In this document: piece by piece, positions 1 to 11,940 of the stretch
Numbering within the stretch: position 1 is the first letter of the stretch
Layout of the letters: each line of letters starts with the position of its first letter
Source: Rhina ancylostomus
Lineage: Eukaryota
Length of the DNA: 64,000 bases
Assembly (NCBI GenBank): GCA_030265395.1
Contig: JARFYF010000063.1
Span: 40,282,213 to 40,346,212, forward strand
Reading direction: 5' to 3'
Notes under the pieces: model-generated
Database searches by the model: none
What the model was told of the DNA's origin: nothing
The model's input: only the letters and a program-made list of their open reading frames with translations
Made by a program: the position numbers and the translations under genes

Positions 1-1417
1 CAACCATTGACAGGATCCACGAAATCCAAACATGTTAAAGTTTCTATTTCCCCTTCAACAAATCAGTTGGTTTTGAGAACATTTCATGAGAAAAACAAAG
101 TAAGTTAAAAAATCTAAGAAACATAGCTGCCAAAAGAACAGTGCATCTATGTACTGCACGTAAATAACAGTCATAAAGGTCAGTAAATTATTGCCCATTT
201 ATCCCTTCCATCTCAAGGATATCCAAATGAAAAACATGAACCATGTCTGGCTGAAGCCTTACAAGAATGATCTTGAAATAAATGTGAGTCAGTTTAATTT
301 CTCCTGTTTTATTTCTTTGTATTTTTTCGCCAATTTTACTTGTCGGATGAGATTTGAAAAGCTGTTCTTTTTACAGTTCACTAAGTATGAAAATTATTGG
401 GAATTTAGAAGTAGGAAATCTTACTGTGATTAGATGCCAATGCAAAGTTGCATTCAGATGGGATATAATCTTATTAAATGGCATATCAAGCTTGGGGTGA
501 GCAATTACTCCTGCTCCTTATTAATCTGTGTAACAGGAGACCATTTGTCCATTGTGCCAGTGACGATTCTTTCAAAGAGCCATCCAATTGGTGCCATTTC
601 CCTCCTATTTCACCATAATCTGGTAAAGTAATACCTTGCTACGTGGCAATGGCAAAATTACAATTCATCATTACCTCAGATTTCTTAGAAATCCTGGAAA
701 GTACAGCTACCGGGGAAAATTAAAACTTCCCTCAATCTGGTATGGGGTGGGAGCTGGAAAGCTACCCCATCTGAGCGATCCATATTTAATCTTGACAACA
801 CTAAAGGAAGGGACCGTATCATTCCAGACAAATGTAAACAAAACAATTACAATGCATGCAAATGCTTGCATATATATGTTGAATCTTATATCTTTTAATT
901 CTTTTTTTTAAAAATGATTTTCTGTAAAAAATTATAATAGTAGGGACCACAGAAGCTTCCCCATCTTAATTCTAATTTGTGTGAACTCTCGAGTTCTTCT
1001 TTCAGTAGCCTTTACTAAGATGAATATAGAGGGTGGTGCTATGGTCAGTAATAGGGAGGTAATGATGAACCAAGAAGCGAAGGGAACCAGCATACACTAT
1101 CTGATACTGAGTTTGACTGGTTGCACTCAGAAACCATCAGCAATAGAGATGTATCGTGCAGGTCCTCTCGTTAGTCTGTGCTAAGTTAATTGATCTCAGT
1201 CAGTGGAGCATACAATGATTAGAGTCAGCCTTTGTACTTTCAAGTTAGTGAAAGGAATAAAAAACAACCAATACTTCTGCTCCTGATTGCTACTCAGTGA
1301 AGTGCATGAAAGTACACTTCTGGAGGACAGATGAACACTGTATTTAGCTGTGTTGGTATTAGGTATAGTTCTTAAATATTAACTTATCATAAGCACCAGC
1401 CTCTGATATTCAGTATT

Positions 1418-2225
1418 ATAGAACATTACTGCACAGTACAGGCCCTTCAGCCGAAGATGTGCCAACATTTTATCCTGCTCTAAAATCTATCTAACCCTTC
1501 CCTCCCATATAGCCCTCCATTTCTCTATCATTCATGTGTCTATCTAAGAATCTCTCAAACATCCCTAATGTATCTGTCCCCACCACCTCTGCTGGCAGTA
1601 TGTTCCACGCACCCACCACTCTCTGTAAAAAAAATTACCTGTGACATTTCCCCTCCCCCATACCTTCCTCCAATCACCTTCAAATTATGCCCCCTCGTGT
1701 GAGCCATTTTCACCCTGGGAAAAAGTCTGACTGTCCACTTGATCTATGCCTCTCATCATCTTGTACACCTCTATCAAGTCACCTCTCATCCTCCTCCTCT
1801 CCAATTCAGACAGATAACCCTCTCACCCCAGGAATTAGCCTTGTGAGTCTCCTCTGCACGGCCTCCAATGCTACCATGTTCTTCTTTAGGTAAGAAGGTA
1901 AAAACTGCACAGGATTCCAGGTGTGGCCTCACCTACACCTGATACAAAGGTAATAAAACTTCCCTATTTTTAAATTCATGCCTCTTACAACAAAGGCCAA
2001 ATGCCTTAACTACTTGTTAAACCTGCCTGTTAAAGTTTTGTGATTTATGCACTAGAACACTTCACTCATTTGCAGTCACTCTCCATTTAGATAACGACTT
2101 GCCTTTTCATTCCTCTTACCGAAATGTGTGGTCTCACACTTGCCCACATTAAACTTTACTTGCCAGGTTTTCACTCAGTCGACCTACATCCCATTGCAGA
2201 ATCACAATGTCCTCATCACAACCTG
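1418..2225 (-). mobile_element. CR1-like LINE 3' fragments (two pieces)
   Basis: tagaaca...acaggcccttcagcc tail; reverse-strand RT remnants (aaaactgcacaggattccaggtgtggcctcacc). Confidence 0.7.
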
Positions 2226-2327
2226 CCCTTCCACCGACAGGGTGAAACTCCCGGGTCTGGCATTCTGTGCTCCATCAACTCCTATGGCCCTGCATGCTCC
2301 AATACAAAGCACTCTGCGTTAGCAATT

Positions 2328-2530
2328 CACACAAAACGCTGGAGGAACTCAGCAGGTCAGGCAGCATCTATGGAGAGAAATAAACAGTCGACGATTCGGG
2401 TCCTGATGAAGGGTCTCGACCTGAAACATTGTCTGTTTATTTCCTTCCACAGATGCTGCCTTACCTGCTGAGTTCCTCCAGCATTTTGTGTGCGTTGCTC
2501 CAGATTCCAGCATCTGCAGAATCTCTTGTG
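2328..2530. mobile_element. Palindromic Penelope-like (inverted pseudo-LTR) insertion with 15 bp target-site duplication
   Basis: Inverted arms 2328-2402 and 2418-2492; CTGATGA...GAAA core; flanks tctgcgttagcaatt / tctgtgttagctatt. Confidence 0.75.
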
Positions 2531-5500
2531 TCTGTGTTAGCTATTTTTTTTTCCGTATCAGCTACATTTGAGATATAGAATAAAAATTCACTCTGAAGAA
2601 ACTTATGTGGAAAAAAAATGAATACGTACTGTATACAGAGAACTGGACTAGTTTACCACGGACAACATTCCAGAGGCTGCTGGCTTACAGCGGAAGGCCA
2701 CTTAATGGATTTGCTTTGTAAATTGACACGGCAAACTCTTTCTTTCCTACTTGCAGCTGCCACTCCAGAGTGTGAGGCCATTTAAAGTTTGAGCAGAGTG
2801 AACTGGCAGGCCTAGGGGTTAGGCATATGCTTACGTAGAGGGTTCTTGAGGTAATTTCAATATATTGTAGCGACTAGCTACACTGAATAAAGACACGAGA
2901 CACTTGTTTGGAGTCCAAGAGTCGAATGAACAACTGGGGNNNNNNNNNNNNNNNNNNNNNNNNNNNNNNNNNNNNNNNNNNNNNNNNNNNNNNNNNNNNN
3001 NNNNNNNNNNNNNNNNNNNNNNNNNNNNNNNNNNNNNNNCTAAAGAGTCCTGCCATTAACTTTGTATTCTGCCTTCAGATTCTATCTTCTTTATGATTGT
3101 ATAAGATGACTTGAGTTGCAAAATCATTAATTGTGTAAGCTATGGTTTTCAAAGTATAGTCTGCAATGTTACAATGCTGTGAATGTAACTTGGCAAAATA
3201 TGCTGGGATGTTACATCAAAGAAAGACGAAGGAACCAGGGAGTCATTAGTTCAATGCTGGCTGTTCAAGATGTACCTGTCAGCATTTGGAGGATTGTTAA
3301 TTGTTGCATTACCTTAGGGTGAAGGGATCTCAAGCCTGGAAAGAGCTGTACTGCCTCACAAAGAGACGGAAAGGCAGTAGCTTCCATCCACATCTAATAG
3401 GAAGTGATGAAAGAGACTGCAGGATACAGACCATTTGTCAACATGGAGAGCAACTTCTGCTAGTCCCCAGCAAGGGCACACATTCACTGTGATGCTACAG
3501 GCAGCCTTTCAGGACCATGGGGCAATTCATTGCTTCAAGAACACCAGTGGACAGGGATTCATGCTGAGCTCCCTACACAGCAACAAGCAGGGCAGGGTTT
3601 ATACTGGATTCCTGGCACCCATGTTCCTACTGCAGCAGCATGCAATGCAAGCAGGTCTCTTTTTTAACGTACAGGGAGTAGAAACCTGTGAATGTTCGGT
3701 CTGGAGGACCAAAAGCACTGTAACAAATCAATGTTTTGTGGGATTGCATTAAGCTGGGTGCCAGTGTATGGGCACATCACTCTCGGTCAAAATATTGTCT
3801 GTATCTCAAATGCGTGTTCTAACAATCCAAGAGACTCTCTTGCCAGGAATTCTCCATTCACATCAATTGAATAAAGACTTGTTACATCAGTACCTCCCGA
3901 CCCCGAGTGGTGATTGTGTTGTACTTCCTCTCACATTTAAAAAGACTGCCAATTTCAGGTGTGACAATTGTCATGTTGATAAATTGTGAAGGTAATCTAA
4001 CACCTGCTCATTACATCAGAAAAGAAAATCAATACATTGAAGAAAGACAGGAGAATAATTGTGAAAAATTAAATCCCAACACCATGCCCATTAAAAGTTC
4101 AAACCAGACATCACAATGCCTGACCCATTGAGTTAAAAGTCATCATTCAGACATGAAAGTACACATAACAATATTTGGAAATGAATATAAGGGGGCCTTA
4201 TGTGGATTAAGTGAATTGTATAAATATTTCTCAACCTACAGGCCAAAATTTAACTGAAGTGAATACTGGATAATGCCAAAGTTCTTAATATTTCATGCTT
4301 TGAAAATGCTCCTTTGTGTAATTACATTCCATCAATAAACATTATTGTTTGCCTAATATAGACCACCCTTCAGCACAACATTCTTGCTTTTCACCCCAAG
4401 TTACAAGAAGGAATGTTCGTGATGCTGGAATAATACACCCATTGACCAAGGGAATCTGTGTGTGCTGTTCTTTAAGTAAAAGTTATTTTTCTCAAGTACA
4501 TGTTTTACAGCTTGGACCATGTGATGACAATGTGACTCCTCATCTGCAAGGCAACACAAACCAGTCATAGTTCCATTCAGATCAACCAATATTTAAGAGG
4601 ATGACCATAACCGAAATACTGAGAAAATGAACCACAATACTTAAATCATCATTCTGTCATCAACAAGTGATTAGCTTGTTTGCACAGTGAAGGGATTATG
4701 TGATTGAATCACAAGGGCATAATGACTGTTTGTATAGCATTTCATAATTTCAAATACATAAAAAAAATTATGCTTTTTAAATCCATTTACTGGAAATGTA
4801 AGCATTACTGCATGAAAAGAGCAATTTTCCACAAAAAGACTACTTCAATGCAGATAAGGATTCAAAATATTTCTATGATTATACATTTTCTGAGAATTTA
4901 CACTCCAGTTTTCTCTCTTCTTGATCCACTTCTCCCATGCCTCTCCTTCATTCATCTTCAATACAATTTCATAATCAGTACTTTGCCAAATGACATTTCA
5001 ACAGAACAATGTCGAGGAAGTGGATGATGACATTTTATAAGATTAATGAGGGTATTGCAGCTATGGTTGATCCTTTATTCACAGCACTGTGCTACCCAAC
5101 ATGGAACTTTAGATGGGATTAAGGAGCAGAAACACAGATAACTCCATCACCAGACAATGGCTGCCGAGACCAATTGTATTCTCCCAAACACAATACTGGA
5201 GAGTAATTGAGGTCTACGAACTCACTATAAGTCAAAGATTGAATCTGAGACTTTGCTAGTCTGTACAGTTTACTGCATATGCTCACAAAACTTTAGTGAG
5301 AGCTTTTTACCTTCTTAGTGCCATCCAGAAAGATCCCAGGTTGTCTTGGGTCAACTGACTTTTAACAGGACAATGTCAGACAGTACAGGCTCCTGGATAT
5401 TTGGGTGAAGAAATATTATCCCACTTCCATTTGTTGCTACTAATCCTATTAAAGAGAGAATAGATTTAATTCACATATCACTGTCAAATAGCTTATCATC

Positions 5501-5974
5501 TCTAATTATCTTGGCACATTCATGAAGAATAGCTACTTGGATGTGCAACAACTGAACAGGCATTGGTATAAATTTCAGTTTGGGATAAGATTCTGGTTGT
5601 AATTGACTGAAACTTAATGGGCTAAATTTTCTTTCTCAATGGGTTGTGATATTGCCAAAAGTGAACTTTCATAGTTCCTGGTGATCCTAATAGGAATGCA
5701 TCAATTAAATATTTTAAACAATTCAGAAGCCTTTCTAATAGTTTCTTTATCCCCTTTAATTGGTAGATAACTTCTGGATGGGGATGATGTCCAATGCAGT
5801 CACAGCAAAAGACAGAAAAGTTTATAAGTTTTATCAGCTCCATCCTGAGGATGGAAGGCTCCAAAGCTTACACACACAGAAGTGAAAATATTAATTTAAC
5901 AACTGAATGTTCCTTTGGCACACAGAATAGAAAACTAGGTCCATAGTCCATGTCCTGTGGCAGGATGGTTTTTG

Positions 5975-6270
5975 CTTATTCATTTGTGGGATATGGGCAT
6001 TGCTAACAAAGGCAAAATTGTCTCTCATCAATTATGCCTTGATAAGAAAGGTGAGCACTTTCTAGAACTGCTACAAACCAACAGGTGAAAGTACTCCCAC
6101 AATATTGTTGGATAGCCAATCACAGTAAATAGAGTAAAGGAACAGTAATTGAGTTCCAAGTTATGATGGTGTACAACTTGAATGGGGACTTGCAACTGTT
6201 GTTCCCATGCACTTGCTGCTTTTGTCTGAGATGGTACATGCTGACAGGTACTGTTGAAGATGTCAGGACC
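5975..6270 (-). mobile_element. Degraded LINE 3' end
   Basis: ttcatttgtgggatatgggcattgct...ttgcaactgttgttcccatgcacttgctgc, resembling a common LINE terminus. Confidence 0.45.
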
Positions 6271-7599
6271 CTGCATATGTCAAATCAATGTCAGAAGTTG
6301 TAATGACCTCAAGTCAATCACTAATTCTAGCATTCATCATATTTTATATTTGCTAATTGCATGAAAATTAGCAACATTCATCTGTCAACGCTCCTATCAT
6401 ATCATTCCTGAGATTTTCTTTCTTATCCTTTCCTTTTATCTTCAAATGTCACTTAACTCCCTCCCCTGCAGGAGCAAATGCTATGGAAACATCTAAAATA
6501 GAATTGCCAGTAGTTAGTCAATTTAATTATATTGTACTCAATTATCCAATGTGGCATGAAAACAATCTGTATTAAACATCCATAGCTTGCCACAGTCATT
6601 TAACTGCCATAATTGATGCTATGGAAAAGTGTTGGGACAACTCTACGCTTTGCACAGTCCTTAAGAAAATGAAGTCTGTCTGCTCATTGACATTTTGACA
6701 AGTTTATGTATGAATGCATTTGCATTCTTTTGTGAAACAACAGATATTTGCAAAATGATACCATTCTATGCCTATGTTTCTTTACAAAATTAGTATTATT
6801 CTGAGTTTCCTTCATACAAATCTTTCTCATTTCAAAAAGAATGTACAGTGGGATGTTTGGGGAGGAGGTAGCTTTACTGGATAAAAGGTGTGGGGGAAAG
6901 AAAGCTATACCACAATCAATAATTCTGTAGACCACAAGGACCAAATCCAGCAATCTTTGAAACCAAGAACTGACAATAATTGGTGAAATTAAAGATCAAT
7001 ATAAAATCACCAGAAAGTGGAATCCTTTTTCTAGCAGGGTAAAATTGCTATTCTTTTGTTAGCTTTTGTTAATGGAACCAATGGGCATGGCAGAAAATTA
7101 AATTTGTTACACTAACACTTTGATACTGAGGGCTGGTTTTGATGGTTTTGTGTTATATATTGTGACCACAGAGAAAAGATCAAGAGCAAGAATGAAATAC
7201 CAAAACCTCTTTAGTTATCTGGTTATCTAGTTACCTTTTGGACTAAGGTTTGAACTTAGTTTGGGTTGGGTATCAATTAAGGAGGATAATTCAGGAACGG
7301 GAACATCCAAAATCTATTGACCAAATGTGACCAATGACATCTCTCAGATTGCCTCAGTGAAGCCCCTTTGGTAGCCTACTGAACATGAAACTTAAGGTAC
7401 ATGACACATATAGTGGGATCAGCTCTTCCTCACCCCATCACCCACCATCGCAGACATCAGAACCAGGTCAGTAGATGAGTCACAGGGGATGAGGGGATGG
7501 GGGGATGGGGGTGTGTGGTTCTTAACTAAGCAAATGAAAGGAAGGGCTGAGAAACTTAACAGTGAAGGGTTAGAATGGAAGAATAAGAATACCATTGAC

Positions 7600-8040
7600 T
7601 CTCAGGAGCTGACCTGGTAAAGTGAAGGTTCTTAACCAATCTCCATTAGCTTTAGATTGTTTTTCACAAAGCTTTTCCAGGTCATCAATTTTCTCATCCA
7701 GAACTGAGAGAGATGCTTCATGTTGTTTAATCTGTTCATCATGATCAGCTAAAGTTTCTTGGAAAGAATCCAATTTAACATTAATCTACTGAAGTTGCTT
7801 TTGAAATTGTTCAAATTTCTTGGAAGGATCACCTCTATGTTTTTGAAGCAATTGTAAAATAGATTCCAGAGATACAGGAGGGTCGTCTTCTTTAGTAATT
7901 TTAGTACTTTTAGCAGCCCTTGTAGCCAGGGTGAAGTAAAATTGCACTCAGAGAAAGAGTTTCAAACCGGATTGAAAAAGTAAGGTAAATAGGAGCTCCG
8001 GCATGTAGCTGTTACTCCATTGATGACCAACAGGCTTCTC
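7600..8040 (-). mobile_element. L1/Tx1-like LINE 5' fragment: 5'UTR plus degenerate ORF1 coiled-coil
   Basis: 7929->~7620 reads (L)ATRAAKSTK...LESILQLLQ...QLQ*INVKLDSFQETLADHDEQIKQHEASLSVLDEKIDDLEK, a heptad pattern typical of L1 ORF1p, with one stop at 7786-7788. Confidence 0.6.
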
Positions 8041-8277
8041 ACTCCACCAAAGTCATGGTCAGAGGCAGGAGGACATCAGGCAGGCACCGTGAGCTGATCT
8101 GTAGTGATGGAGGAGCCTCGGTCTTTGCTGCTGCCAACAGGGAGAGGAACTTGGTGCCGGTGGGGATGTGAGCAGAAACTGAGGATGGGCAGGTGGGCTG
8201 GGGTCTGGTGGTCCAGGAAGCCATTGAAACAGTGGTGGGCGAGCAAGTCGTCAGGGGGAGAGAGTCAGGAGAGAGGT

Positions 8278-8890
8278 CATAGAGTCCTCCAGCACAGGAA
8301 CAGGCCCTTCAGCCCACCACATCCATGCTGACCATTGATTCCCCTCCATACTAATCCTATTTACTTGCTCCATAACCTTTGCCTTGGTGATTCAGGTGCT
8401 TATAGTCATAGAACAATACAGCACAGATACAGGCCCTTCGGCCCAGTGAGTCCATGCTGACCAAGTTGTCCACCCAGCTAGTCCCAATTTCCTGCATTCA
8501 GCACATATCCCTCTAAACCCCATCCCTCCATCTACCTATCCAAGTGACTCTTAATGATACTGTTGTACCTGCCTCAACCACTTCTTCTGGCAGCTCGTTC
8601 CATATACTCACCAGCCTCCGTGTCGAAAAATTTGCCCCTTAGGTTCCTTTTAAATATTTTCCCCTCACCCAAAATTCATGCCCCCTAGTGTGCTTGTCCA
8701 GATCCTTACATGTGAGATTCTCTGCCTCCACCATCCCTTCATCCCGTGAGTTTCAGATTCCAATGCCGCTCTGGGTGAAAAATTTTCCCTAGGTCCCCTC
8801 AAAACATCTTCCCACCCTCATCCTAAACCTACGTTTTAGACCCTCTGCCATGGGGAAAAGTGTCTTTCTATTCACCTTATCACCTTCCCT
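8278..8890 (-). mobile_element. Nested CR1-like 3' ends
   Basis: Two acaggcccttc(a/g)gccc tails, at ~8300 and ~8430. Confidence 0.7.
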
Positions 8891-9079
8891 CTTGAGTGAA
8901 TCAGGTGACCCCTTAGCCTTGACAAACTTTGTTCTGCTTCCTACCACAGACCTTCCCCCCGTTATCTCCAATTCCCCCGCTCTGCAGCTTAATACAACTG
9001 TTTTCTCATTTACCAGCTTCACTGAAGGGTCCATGTCTCCAGACTGGTGCTGCGCGACGAGCTGAGTAATTTTGTACGA

Positions 9080-9830
9080 CTGATGACCTGTGCTGCTGAA
9101 CGTGCTGTACCTCCAGCCAAGTGTTTCCAGTCCAGTTACAACACTGGCATCTACCTGACAATATCGCTATGTCCTTTTGACAAAAGGCAGGACAGATCCA
9201 ATCCAATGAAAAACCACCTCAATGAGCCCACTCTCAATCACCAGCATAGTGATGGAAGCTGTTGTTGACAGTGCTATCAAGCCGTATTTATCAGCCTATT
9301 TGGGAATTCCCAGGACCACTTCCTTCTGATTTCATCACAGCCTTGGACCAAACGTGGACCAAAGACTGAACCTGAGGAGTAAGGCAAGAGTGACCGTCAC
9401 TGACATCGGCAGCATTTGATAGTGTGGTATCAAAGCACCCTGATAGATCAGCTGTCAGTGGGCATCAAAGGGAAATAGCTCCAGTGGTTAGAGTCGTAAT
9501 TCAAGGGAATACAGTTGTGGATATTAGAGGTCAATCTGTCCACAGCCCCACAATATCACTGCAGTCCTGAAGTTTGGTCTCGATCCAAACCATCAACCTT
9601 CTGCCTCTGTGGTTCCTGCTTGACCTTTGAGTTCTTCCAGCAGTTTGCTTTTACATCATTGCAGAACTTCCACCAGGAATGGTCCTGGGCCAAAGCATCT
9701 TCAGCTGCTCTATTGATGACCGTCCTTCCGTCATTGAAGTCTGCACTATGTCTAATTCTATGTGCATCTCCTCAGCAATGAGGCAGCCCGTGCCCACACA
9801 CAGCAGGGACTCTGATGCCCATTGACCGAA
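9080..9830 (+). mobile_element. Degenerate CR1/L2-clade LINE reverse-transcriptase fragment
   Basis: Translates in pieces as ...FQSSYNTGIY...KRQDRSNP... with downstream RT-like remnants; short Penelope-like insert at ~9565-9650. Confidence 0.7.
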
Positions 9831-11046
9831 ATGTTGCAGGATTCCGAGATCCAAAGCTGCTTTAACGTTGAAGGCAGTCATTCTCATCTCAGCTGAGAAT
9901 GGATGTGATAGTCACCCTCTGCCATGGAGAGTGTGGCATCAGCTCGTTGACATTGTTTGATATCTGTGACACACCCACGCTGGGACAGTGAAGATGACAC
10001 CCGTTGGGTGATACTTACCCAGTGAGAAAGGGAGCATGGCTTCGAGTGCCTGGCATACAGCCTGCGCCACTATGAAAACTCTGCCACAGAATCGACAGGT
10101 TCGGGCTGAATGAAGCGGAAACAGGTGTCTGCAGCAACTGGATAGGCCTGCAGGTAAAGATCAGGAGAGGACAAAAGGAGCAACTGTGAACTAGGTGGAG
10201 CCAACAAAAGCAGCACAGAGCAGAACGGTAGAACAGCCCCTCAGAACTGCAGAGACCCGGCTTTGATCCGGAGCTCGTGTGGTGTATGGGACTGCGGAGG
10301 AGATCTTGAGAAAATAAGGGGAGTCTGGACAGGCCGGGGATGGCTGACACAGCAGCAACAGATACACAAAGCCAAGAGGATCCAACTGAAGCCAACCAGA
10401 GACAGGACGAGAGAGAAGCAGTACAGCCAGAGAGAAAGCCGAGAGTACAAAGGAAGAAGTTAGGAGACAGAGGAGCTGACGGGGAACTAGTGACAGAACA
10501 TGGGACCCCCGGCTGTGCGGAGAGAGGGGTTGGAAGAACACACCAGAAGGTTTAGACCGACCCCATCCCCCTTTGCTCAGACAGGGATGCTTCACCTGCC
10601 CTACACGGATGCTGTCCCATTGCTTTCCGTCCAATGGCAGGACCCACCGACTGAGAGACCTGATGGGGTAGTAGGTGACCACACTGCTCAGCACCTCTGC
10701 TTGCTTCACGGGCTCCCAGCGGAGTGGCACACCCCAACAGGACGCTCCTGTGTTCCGTCCAATGCTTCTATCCAGGAATCAGTGGATAAAACTCTCCTTC
10801 ATGAACAGGCGATACATTCTCCTCCAGCTGGAGATAACAGACATGTGGCAACGTCTGGTACAAGCATAATAATAAAACAAAAATCCGAAGCCGGGGTCCC
10901 ACGCTGAAGACCAGCAGAGCAGAGGGAGCAGCAACAGTTCACCGGACAGACTGACCAGGCGCGCTGCCGGCATCAGAGAGGGACGGCTATCAAAGCTAAC
11001 AACGTCTTCGCCGCATGACCTAAAGGACCGTCTGAGTGATCGTTAA

Positions 11047-11172
11047 GTGACCGAGGTCCCTCACACCAGGGAGGGAAGTGATCGAGGTCCTTACTCCGGG
11101 AGGAAGGAGTGACCAAGGCCTCTAACGCCGAGGGAAGGGAATGACCGATGTCCCCTCGATTTGGGGGAGGGG
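11047..11172. repeat. Diverged ~31-32 bp minisatellite, 4 units
   Basis: gtgaccgaggtcc...gggagg(g/a)a repeated four times. Confidence 0.75.
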
Positions 11173-11845
11173 AGTCACGGTGGTGCGGGTCGGTGCTGAG
11201 TCCCTCGCGCAGGCTGACTAATGGTCCGAACTGTCCAGATTAGTCAGCAGACCGGCCCGTGAACAGGGAGCTGGTGATGCCACTGAGCACTGCTCCCACT
11301 GTCAGTGCTTCTGACAAGTGTAGGGACGGCGTCTGCACTTTGCTTTCCGTCTGACTGTAACTCCTCAGCCTTTGTAGTTCCTTTTGTCGAAGCTGCAAAC
11401 CCGGGCGTCAAACTCTTCGCAGGCACAACCGTCTCAGGGGTGGGGTGGGGTGAGGGGGGGGGGGTGACCAGGGACAGACCGTGATGCTTTTAACAAAGGG
11501 AGTGGTCGGTGTTTGCAACGGGCTCCCTGGGGAAATGGTGGAAGCGGATTATGATTGTGGCGTTTACAGAAATGTTTGACAGACACGTGAGCAGGCTGGA
11601 CGGGATTGGTTTCCTTTGACAGCGTGCTTGTGTTGGGCCGAAGGGCCTGTTCCTCTGCTATACTGTTCCATGTCCAATGTGCGGTGCTCAGCGGGTCTGC
11701 GGCAGAGGGAGGCGGCTGCTGCGGGTGACCAGCTCCCGATCCTACNNNNNNNNNNNNNNNNNNNNNNNNNNNNNNNNNNNNNNNNNNNNNNNNNNNNNNN
11801 NNNNNNNNNNNNNNNNNNNNNNNNNNNNNNNNNNNNNNNNNNNNN

Positions 11846-11940
11846 TAAAATTGCACTTAGAGAAAGAGTTTCAAACTGGGTTGAAAAGGTAAGGTAACTA
11901 GGAGCTCTGGCACGTAACTGTTACAACCAGCAGGCTTCTC
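11846..11940 (-). mobile_element. Second copy of the L1-like 5' end
   Basis: Closely matches 7937-8040 (taaaattgcact...caggcttctc). Confidence 0.7.

Noticed and set aside
11047-11172. Regularly spaced repeats resembling a CRISPR array
   Set aside because: Eukaryotic context, contiguous diverged units without unique spacers, and no cas genes.
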